Source: a bacterium (GTDB lineage: Bacteria > Patescibacteriota > Saccharimonadia > Saccharimonadales > SZUA-47). Taken from it: a DNA stretch of 64,000 bases. Under the pieces are notes generated by a model. It ran no database searches and was not told the origin of the DNA. It worked only from the letters and a program-made list of their open reading frames with translations. The stretch spans positions 38,436 to 102,435 of the forward strand of contig RFTN01000002.1 in NCBI GenBank assembly GCA_009923445.1, written 5' to 3'. Of this stretch, positions 39,269 to 46,603 are shown piece by piece. The position numbers were made by a program, and so were the translations under genes. Every line of letters starts with the position of its first letter. Position 1 is the stretch's first letter.

Positions 39269-39335
39269 ATGGTTACATAACATAATCCTTATGGTTACAT
39301 ATTGTATCTGTTAATATCTACTTATGGTTACATAT
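39269..39335 (+). promoter_or_regulatory. three direct repeats ATGGTTACATA(A/T) upstream of the Fic gene (operator/iteron-like)
   Basis: Copies at 39269-39280, 39291-39302 and 39324-39335. The last two are identical over 16 nt (cttatggttacatatt). Start-to-start spacings are 22 and 33 nt. Confidence 0.5.
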
Positions 39336-39356
39336 TCAAATAATTGATGGTACAAT

Positions 39357-40514
39357 ATGCACATTATGTTAACCATTCCCGAGCCATCATTTAAATCAAG
39401 CCTGACCGACCTAATTGTTGAGCTAGAAGGATTAAGAAATAAAAACGTATCGGGTACTGCAAAGCCATGGATATTTATTGAGCTCAAGAACTTATTCCAT
39501 ATAGTAGAAGCACTCAGCTCAGCAAGAATTGAAGGAAACCATACGACGCTCGCAGATTTTATAGACGCACAGCTTAGCCTAGACTTACAAAACGAAGAGC
39601 TAAATGAGATCTCGAACATCATTAAATGTCTAGACTTTATAGATAAGAATATCTCAACTCTGGATATAAATAAGGCATTTATACTAGAGTTGCACAAACA
39701 GGTTGTCAAAGGACTGAGTACTGCTAAAGAAGGAGATTCACGAATCGGCTCATACCGTAAAGAGCCTCGCAAGATTGCAAATTCTCAGCATGTGTTACCT
39801 CAGCCAGGTGACATAGACGATCTTATGAGGGAGTTATTAGCCTTCATAAACGAAAAAACTGAGCCTAAACTGGACCTTCTAAAGGTAGCCATCGCTCATC
39901 ACCGTTTTGTTTGGATACACCCGTTCGGCAACGGTAACGGTAGAGTCGTACGACTACTGACTTACTCCATGCTTTGCAAGCAGGGCTTTATTACAACTGG
40001 GCTAACTAGGCTCTTTAACCCTGCGGCAGTATTCTCTGGTGACAGACAAAAATACTACGATATGCTCGAAATTGCAGATATAGGTACAGACGCCGACATA
40101 CTGTCATGGTCTGAATATGTATTAAGTGGCCTACGTGACGAGGTAAAAAAATCCCAGCAGCTTACTGATGCAAAGTTTGTAAGATATAATATACTCGCTC
40201 CAACCCTTGATTGGGCTGAAGAAAAAAACATATTGAATGAACTTGAAGCAAAAGTACTACGGAGATTAGTTAAGAAGGATTCTATAAAAGCCGCAGACAT
40301 CAGAGACCTATGGCCGAGTGATTTTTCCCATGTCGTTGTATCTAAATTTTTGAGGAAACTTCGCAAGCAAAATTTCGTAAGACCACTTAAAGAAAATGGC
40401 CGTGAATATGTTCTTAAATTTACTGGCAATAAACTGACGCGTGGCATCTTGGAACAAATGGAGAGCCAAGGCATGCTACCAGTACACGTCGATGAACTGT
40501 CCAGGAGTAAGTAG
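39357..40514 (+). CDS. Fic-domain protein (AMPylase family) with an N-terminal inhibitory-helix motif and a C-terminal winged-helix-like region
   Basis: Fic motif HPFGNGNGRVVR, N-terminal SARIEG matching (S/T)xxxE(G/N). ATG 39366 is an alternative start. Confidence 0.85.
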   Translation: MHIMLTIPEPSFKSSLTDLIVELEGLRNKNVSGTAKPWIFIELKNLFHIVEALSSARIEGNHTTLADFIDAQLSLDLQNEELNEISNIIKCLDFIDKNISTLDINKAFILELHKQVVKGLSTAKEGDSRIGSYRKEPRKIANSQHVLPQPGDIDDLMRELLAFINEKTEPKLDLLKVAIAHHRFVWIHPFGNGNGRVVRLLTYSMLCKQGFITTGLTRLFNPAAVFSGDRQKYYDMLEIADIGTDADILSWSEYVLSGLRDEVKKSQQLTDAKFVRYNILAPTLDWAEEKNILNELEAKVLRRLVKKDSIKAADIRDLWPSDFSHVVVSKFLRKLRKQNFVRPLKENGREYVLKFTGNKLTRGILEQMESQGMLPVHVDELSRSK

Positions 40515-40668
40515 CAGTTCATTTCAAATCTAGATTAATTTTTGAAGTTTTACATCCAACTCACCAATCGCATCCACAAAAGTGTTCCACCCATTTCCCG
40601 GTAGGCCCACCAAACTAGATAACGGATACGAATTGACAATTATGCAATCAAATCGTATAATTCAACCA

Positions 40669-41217
40669 TCACCAAGACAGGCTACCTTGCAGAGTGCGTC
40701 TCTCAAGAAAATGCCTGTCATTTTTTTGCTCTAATTTTGTTTTCTTAGTACTTATGTAGTCTATTTTATGTACAAAGGGTTTTAGTAACTTGGAATATTT
40801 ATTCTTGTTATGTACAAGAATCTTCTTTAGCTTATTATTTTCTTCTAAGTATTCGTACAGGCACAAAAAGTCGCCATCACCACTAACAATAACTGCCTCG
40901 TCGTAGTCTTTAAACAGTCTTGCTGCGGAATGCAGGACAAGTTCTGCGTCTACATTTCCTTTGGTAGCTTTTTTACCATATTTAAAATAATGTTGTGTAG
41001 GTTTAAACACAAGTATGTAGCCAGCATTTTGAAGATAAAAATATAGCTTTTGGTTTTCGGGCATTTGTCCTATAAATAAGTATGCTTTTTCGACGTGATA
41101 CGTGTCGTTTAAAAAGCGCCTAAACTTTACGAAATCAAGCTTCCAGCCAACAGTTCTCACACCCAAATTAAGATTCTGACTATCTATAAATGCAAACGTG
41201 GAAGCGTGTTTTTTCAT
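40669..41217 (-). CDS. NYN-domain (LabA-like) putative ribonuclease
   Basis: FAFIDSQNLNLG at the N-terminus and VIVSGDGDFLCL. Very AT-rich: one 60-nt line (40741-40800) counts 15 G+C. Confidence 0.75.
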   Translation of the reverse strand: MKKHASTFAFIDSQNLNLGVRTVGWKLDFVKFRRFLNDTYHVEKAYLFIGQMPENQKLYFYLQNAGYILVFKPTQHYFKYGKKATKGNVDAELVLHSAARLFKDYDEAVIVSGDGDFLCLYEYLEENNKLKKILVHNKNKYSKLLKPFVHKIDYISTKKTKLEQKNDRHFLERRTLQGSLSW

Positions 41218-41422
41218 TACAAATAGTATCTCATAATCTTTTTCATTTTGCTGTTTTTTGTAAAGTTCGATATTCTTGGGAAATCACCAAGAAAAGCGCC
41301 TTGCTTTTGTAACGACCTCGCCCCACTATTATCAAGTTGGAATTTGACTGGATTGACACCAATTGCAAACAAAATCGATGCAAAGTCTATGGTGACTTAG
41401 AAGTTGTAAAATACGTCGCTAA

Positions 41423-42634
41423 CTAGGTATTGGCGTCTAACGAGCCGTCTACAAAAGCTAGCATTGCTACATAATTTGTTGCACGTCCTTTAGTTCCGTC
41501 ACCTAAAGAGTGCTTTTTTCCTACTGGCAAGAAAGTTAAGCCATGAAAGACGTCGGTTGGATCTAGCTTTGTATTGCTAAAGGCGCAGTTATCCATAGTG
41601 GCTGCGATGAGCGGTAACGCTTCTGTATCTGGTGGAGTTTCGGGATCAAACGAACTAGTAATTAAGTAAAGATTGTTCGGGCACAAGCCTTGCTCTGCAA
41701 GGCCAATAGGCATAGAAGCTCTCCTTTGAGCAGAGGTCATTCCGGGCATAAAGGCGCCAATACTTCTCCATGAGTCAGTTGTCGGTGGATTAGTTGCTAT
41801 AACAGACTTAATTCTGCCTGTCTCATGGAGGTTTCGTAACACTGTTAACTGCTCGGCACTAACACCTGGAATTTGTGCATTCGGAGTGCCTAAAATGTAG
41901 GCAAGCGTACCGCCTGCCGACACACCAGCAAGCACTATGTCTCGATTAGGTGCAGCTGCCATCACATTTTGCAGTGCATCAATTGCATCCTCATATGCTG
42001 TAGGGAATGTTTTGCCAACATTAGTTTTTCTATAATCAATCGCAGCTATATCAAATCCATAATCTACCATTGCGAGTATCCCTGGGCTTACCGACTTCAG
42101 CGCATCAGTATCGCCTCCTACAAAACCTCCACCATAAGCAAAAACAACTATAGGATTTTCGGATGGAGTATCTGCCTGTTTTACGGTTTTTGTGCGGTAA
42201 TCTATAGGTGACTCATAAAAGACATATTTCTGATGCTGTTCTTGACCATACCAGACAGTAGCTGGTTCTATTTTGTGATACCAAGAAGTGTAGTCTTTTT
42301 CTGCGGTAAAAAGTTCATTAGTGGTAGGCATGGGCACTATTTCAAAAGACGCTTCGATAGGTTGCGTAGTGGTTTCAGGCACGTTGATTCGATCAGCTGT
42401 GGCAGTCACTTCAACCGGCGCTTCAATCGAACTCAAGGCAGTCGTTGGCGTTGAAGGGTAGAGTGGACTAATTTCACTTTCAAACACTTCAGCCTGTTGA
42501 CGCACTTGGGTCTCACCTGCAGTTGAACTATCTAAACCACAACCTTGCAACAGCAATCCCGTTGCTATTAGCACGCTTCTAAGATGGGGTTTTCTAGGAG
42601 CGTGCAGCTGTTCAGGGCTAGGATGGTACTTCAT
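41423..42634 (-). CDS. lipoprotein alpha/beta-hydrolase (esterase/lipase, GGGF oxyanion type)
   Basis: Lipobox LLQGC, FAYGGGFVGGD, nucleophile elbow GVSAGG. Confidence 0.7.
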   Translation of the reverse strand: MKYHPSPEQLHAPRKPHLRSVLIATGLLLQGCGLDSSTAGETQVRQQAEVFESEISPLYPSTPTTALSSIEAPVEVTATADRINVPETTTQPIEASFEIVPMPTTNELFTAEKDYTSWYHKIEPATVWYGQEQHQKYVFYESPIDYRTKTVKQADTPSENPIVVFAYGGGFVGGDTDALKSVSPGILAMVDYGFDIAAIDYRKTNVGKTFPTAYEDAIDALQNVMAAAPNRDIVLAGVSAGGTLAYILGTPNAQIPGVSAEQLTVLRNLHETGRIKSVIATNPPTTDSWRSIGAFMPGMTSAQRRASMPIGLAEQGLCPNNLYLITSSFDPETPPDTEALPLIAATMDNCAFSNTKLDPTDVFHGLTFLPVGKKHSLGDGTKGRATNYVAMLAFVDGSLDANT

Positions 42635-42824
42635 ATCAATATACTAACATTTATGAAAGTTTATTTTGTATAAGCACCATAGAATGTCATGCGTAGTTCT
42701 GACATGACCTAACTTCTAATTTGCCAAGAATTTGAAGTAACATGTATGTAAGCCCCCCATTACGCACAACATGTCTCGGGTTAAGAGGCATATAATATAT
42801 ACAAAAGGAGCCCAATATATACGC

Positions 42825-43038
42825 ATGCAGGTAAACGTCACATCCAAAGATACGTAACAATGTATTGTCTGGTATTAAAAGTGGTATGACACAAACAGAA
42901 GCTGCCGACGTGTATGGTGTTAATCTAAATACAGTGAGCACATGGTGTCGTCAAGATGTTGTGGGTGGTGAGAAAAACTACCTCATACAAATAAACCAAC
43001 TAAAACGTGAACTAGATAATGCTACCGTGTCATATTGA
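42825..43038 (+). pseudogene. frameshifted/truncated IS-type transposase N-terminal HTH (OrfA-like) remnant
   Basis: TATAAT 42791-42796, AAAGGAG 42804-42810 and ATG 42825 open a 10-codon ORF. In the next frame comes ...NVLSGIKSGMTQTEAADVYGVNLNTVSTWCRQ...INQLKRELDNA*, an HTH followed by a coiled-coil start. No catalytic (DDE) part follows. Confidence 0.4.
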
Positions 43039-43069
43039 ATAGTTTCTTTGATAATTTCACTAAAAAATT

Positions 43070-44389
43070 CTAGGGAGAAGACTGAACCGTGTTGTTATAG
43101 GAGTCGCAGTCTGCACCATAAACTTTACCACTAGAGCACTTAGGATCATTGCTTACATTTCTTGGATCTTCTTGTACGAAAATATTTCCTGCAGTGTTTC
43201 TAGACAGAGAATTACCCGTGACAGTAGTGTTGTTAGACCCAGAAAGTTGAATGCCGTAAGCTGAATTACCCGTGACTGTGTTATTGGTTATTGTTCCTTT
43301 TGTTGAGACTTCGTAATAAATCCCGTTTCGTAGATTGCCCGATGCTGTATTGTTACTTATCACAATGTTTTCCGCCTGAAGATCAATCCATAGGCCATTA
43401 GCTTTATTATTTATGAACTGGTTATTCGTTATCGTAGCGCCTCTAGTATATGTGAACTTTGCTCCAGCTGCCGCAGCTGTTGTTCCTGATATGGCATTGT
43501 TGCCAGTATTATTATTTGACATTATATTGTTCTGAACAATAATACCGTGACCGTTGTTAACGTGCAGACCCATCCAATTATTTTTATCAAAAACGTTGTT
43601 CTTTACAACGGAATTGTTAGTTTGAACAGACAATCCTATAGATTCACTTTCTTGAAATGTGCTGTATTCAACAGTTACGCCGCTACTAAGCGAACTAGCA
43701 ATAATCACCATAGCTGGCTTTTGTGAAAAATCCTTTGTCGAAGCATACTTTTTAAACCCAATGCCTTGGATTTTACTTCCTCCTGCATTTGTTACAAGAA
43801 ATAGCGCAAATTGCAATTTGTTTTGCCCATCCAACCATACACTTTCACCGGGATAAGCAGCAATAGTTAATTTTTTGGATATAGTTAGGCTTATATCTGT
43901 ATAGATTCCAGCCCTTAAAACTATGGTTGATCCTGCGCTGGCACTACTAACTGCAGCCTTGAAGGAAGATGTGGAATTAACGATTATTGAGTTTGACGGT
44001 ATTGTGTAGTTTATTGTTTGAGGTGGGGCTGTAGGTTCATTAGGTCGAGGTTGAGATGGCGCAGGTTCTTGTTTTGGGCCAGTGCTTGAATCACTTGAAG
44101 GTGGGCCAGTGCTTGAATCACTTGAAGGTGGGTTAGTGCTTTTTATATCTGTGCTATCTTCTGAGGACAATGGCTGTTCGTTATCAAGATTGGGCTTAAC
44201 ATTATCTAGACTCGAAGTATCATTAGAATTATCAATTTTTTCGTAATTATTTGAGTACCTATTTAACAAGGCTAAACTTGAAGTCGCTAGGAGTGTAACG
44301 AACGTAAAAACTAAAACCAAACTAGCTATTTTGTGGCTAATGTAAAAATTTTGTAACTTTCTAATAGTATTTAAAACTGCAAATTTCAT
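43070..44389 (-). CDS. membrane-anchored right-handed parallel beta-helix repeat protein
   Basis: N-terminal TM, a Ser/Pro-rich linker, then many N-rich repeats of about 22 aa (VVKNNVFDKNNWMGLHV, IVQNNIMSNNNTGN, ITNNQFINNKANGLWI, ISNNTASGNLRNGIYY, ITNNTVTGNSAYGIQL, VTGNSLSRNTAGNIFV). Confidence 0.7.
   Translation of the reverse strand: MKFAVLNTIRKLQNFYISHKIASLVLVFTFVTLLATSSLALLNRYSNNYEKIDNSNDTSSLDNVKPNLDNEQPLSSEDSTDIKSTNPPSSDSSTGPPSSDSSTGPKQEPAPSQPRPNEPTAPPQTINYTIPSNSIIVNSTSSFKAAVSSASAGSTIVLRAGIYTDISLTISKKLTIAAYPGESVWLDGQNKLQFALFLVTNAGGSKIQGIGFKKYASTKDFSQKPAMVIIASSLSSGVTVEYSTFQESESIGLSVQTNNSVVKNNVFDKNNWMGLHVNNGHGIIVQNNIMSNNNTGNNAISGTTAAAAGAKFTYTRGATITNNQFINNKANGLWIDLQAENIVISNNTASGNLRNGIYYEVSTKGTITNNTVTGNSAYGIQLSGSNNTTVTGNSLSRNTAGNIFVQEDPRNVSNDPKCSSGKVYGADCDSYNNTVQSSP
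44076..44129. repeat. perfect 2 x 27-bp tandem repeat inside the beta-helix gene linker
   Basis: gggccagtgcttgaatcacttgaaggt at 44076-44102 and 44103-44129, with a partial third unit after. It encodes the repeated SSDSSTGPP. Confidence 0.9.
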
Positions 44390-44737
44390 TTTTTTGTTTT
44401 ATTGCTACTCCTTTTTATTACACTTTTCAAACTATAAAGTCAAGTTGGGCCAAAGTTTTTTAAATCTTTAATTGCTTTAGATTACAAAAAAAATGAATTA
44501 AACGAATAAAAAGCAAATTTGGTTCTTGAGGGTCTGGTCGCCGGGTTTTATTGAAGTTTGAACAAACTATTTTTACTATTTAACAGAAGAGCACTTTTAG
44601 TTAATCCAACAAACTAAAAATGTTTCAAATTATGTTAGTCCCCTATATCGAACTGAATATATAAGTTTGAATGATTCACATCTTTGCGATGTAATTATCG
44701 CCTAATACTAGTATAGATATTCCCCTAATCCCACCGC

Positions 44738-44757
44738 TTTGTTTGGTCAAAATGAAT
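44738..44757 (+). repeat. 20-mer tttgtttggtcaaaatgaat whose two halves recur separately next to tRNA-Glu
   Basis: The first 13 nt equal 39027-39039 and the last 15 nt equal 39131-39145. Confidence 0.5.
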
Positions 44758-44837
44758 TGGCTTACCTACGCAGCAATCTAAGCTTTATATGGCTTATGCT
44801 TGCTAAATATATTAGATAACAATAAGCTAGATACACA

Positions 44838-45167
44838 ATGTCTGAATTTAATACACCTGCAAATAATGGTCCATATATAAACGATGTCGAGCGAGCTATG
44901 CATGTTAGAGACCAGATTAGCCAGGGGGTAGATTGGCAAGAATTTGCAAATTGCAAGGGTGCTAACCCTGATATATTTTATTCTGATAATAAAAGAGACG
45001 TAGTTGATGCAAAATTTATTTGTAGCAGATGTGTCGTAAGACAAGAATGCCTGAACTATGCACTAAAGTATAACGATCCGAAAGGTGTATTTGGTATATG
45101 GGGTGAGAAAACAGAGTATGAAAGGCGTGCTATACGCGAAAGAAATTATTTTGATACTTCGCTTTAA
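44838..45167 (+). CDS. WhiB-like (Wbl) Fe-S transcription factor family protein
   Basis: Four Cys in the Wbl pattern (FANCKGANPDIFY ... C-SR-C-VVRQE-C), a GIWGE turn and a basic tail, ERRAIRERN. Confidence 0.8.
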   Translation: MSEFNTPANNGPYINDVERAMHVRDQISQGVDWQEFANCKGANPDIFYSDNKRDVVDAKFICSRCVVRQECLNYALKYNDPKGVFGIWGEKTEYERRAIRERNYFDTSL

Positions 45168-45292
45168 TGAAATCGAAGTAATTTAAAAATATCAATTTAT
45201 TATGTAAATGTACTCATGAACTATTTTGTGTTGCGCTTACGGTTAAAAAAACAGATAATGTACGTATAGTTGAAAATTTATATCGGAGAAAA

Positions 45293-46558
45293 ATGGGTCT
45301 ATTCAGCGCCAAATCAAAACCTAAAAAAACGAGCGCACTCGCAAGCAGCCTTCAAAGCGAGAAAATTAAGAGTGACATAATTTTAAGTGCTATTGACGAC
45401 TGTGTCGTGTACATTGATACTTCTGGGGTTATATATCTTTTTAACCCCGCAGCGTCTAAGCTGACCGGCTGGCTTTCTGGTGAAGCAATTGGCGTCGATT
45501 ACAGGTCTGTAATTACATTAATTGATGAAAAAGGCGTGCCCATTGCAAATGATTTACATCCATTCACCGTTGTACTGATGCAAAAAACACCAATCCGTTC
45601 AGATAATGCCATAATAAAAAACAGAAATGGAGCATCGATATCAATTGATATGACAGTATCGCCGCTGTTTGATGCAAACGAGCAATTACAAGGTGCAGTA
45701 AGCGTTATTCGTGATGTAACCGAACAGCGACGGGCCGAAAAACAACGCGCTGAGTTTATTAGTACAGCGAGTCATGAAATGCGCACGCCAGTGGCTGCAA
45801 TTGAAGGTTACTTAGCACTGGCACTCAACGACAAAGTGAGTAAAATCGACGATAAGGCACGCAGTTTTCTTACTAAGGCACACGAAAGCACTCAGCATCT
45901 CGGTAAATTATTTCAAGATTTATTAACAAGCGCCAAAGCCGAGGACGGTCGCTTAACAAGCCACCCTATAGCAGTAGAAATGAGTGAGTTTGTAGAAAAA
46001 CTAACCCAAGACCTTAAATTTGTTGCCGAAAAGAAAAATCTTCAATTAGAGTGTACAATAGGCAGTCCATCGGGCTTTACCGATGCCAGCAAAGTAATAA
46101 AACCACTTTACTATGTGCAGGCTGACCCAGATAGGCTGCGAGAAGTCATAACAAACCTGTTTGATAACGCAGTTAAATACACCGAAACTGGAAAAATAAC
46201 TATAAGTTTGTCGGGTGACGATAAAGTGGTGCAGTTCAGAATACGCGACACCGGGCCAGGAATACCTATAGAAGACCAGCCGCATTTGTTTCAAAAGTTT
46301 TACAGGGTAGACAACTCGGCAACGCGTACCATTGGCGGCACCGGTCTCGGCTTGTTCATTACTAAGAAGATTATCGAGCTATACAGCGGTCGTATTTGGG
46401 TTGAAAGTACGCCTGGGCTAGGTAGTACGTTTATAATAAACCTTCCGCGAATTACAAGTGAAAGAGCACGACAGCTACAAAAAGAAGAAGATTCAAGACC
46501 GGCAGGCAGCGTTTACACACAAAATACTGCACCTAGTAACACGGGCGTGATACAATAA
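45293..46558 (+). CDS. cytoplasmic PAS-domain sensor histidine kinase
   Basis: GGAG SD, PAS region, H-box FISTASHEMRTPVAAIEGY, NLFDNAVKYT, DTGPGIP, GGTGLGLFITKK. Confidence 0.85.
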   Translation: MGLFSAKSKPKKTSALASSLQSEKIKSDIILSAIDDCVVYIDTSGVIYLFNPAASKLTGWLSGEAIGVDYRSVITLIDEKGVPIANDLHPFTVVLMQKTPIRSDNAIIKNRNGASISIDMTVSPLFDANEQLQGAVSVIRDVTEQRRAEKQRAEFISTASHEMRTPVAAIEGYLALALNDKVSKIDDKARSFLTKAHESTQHLGKLFQDLLTSAKAEDGRLTSHPIAVEMSEFVEKLTQDLKFVAEKKNLQLECTIGSPSGFTDASKVIKPLYYVQADPDRLREVITNLFDNAVKYTETGKITISLSGDDKVVQFRIRDTGPGIPIEDQPHLFQKFYRVDNSATRTIGGTGLGLFITKKIIELYSGRIWVESTPGLGSTFIINLPRITSERARQLQKEEDSRPAGSVYTQNTAPSNTGVIQ

Positions 46559-46603
46559 TGCTAAAGCTAATACGAACCAATAAATAACAGAGAGGGAGTT
46601 CTA

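Noticed and set aside
39311-40522. 153-aa and 155-aa minus-strand ORFs antisense to the Fic gene
   Set aside because: The + frame carries the complete Fic motif set. The antisense products are Ser/Leu-rich low-complexity sequence with no motif.
40606-40625. cccaccaaactagataacgg just after the Fic stop resembles the tRNA-Glu 3' end plus flank (caccaaacta / caccaagttagataa)
   Set aside because: The exact match is only 10 nt and the rest is patchy. Matches of that length are expected many times by chance in 64 kb, so I did not count it as a third att-like site.
42687-42941. 84-aa minus-strand ORF in the esterase / beta-helix intergenic region
   Set aside because: It overlaps the + strand HTH remnant, which has recognisable features and a promoter with an SD. 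The minus-strand product has no motif or start signals.
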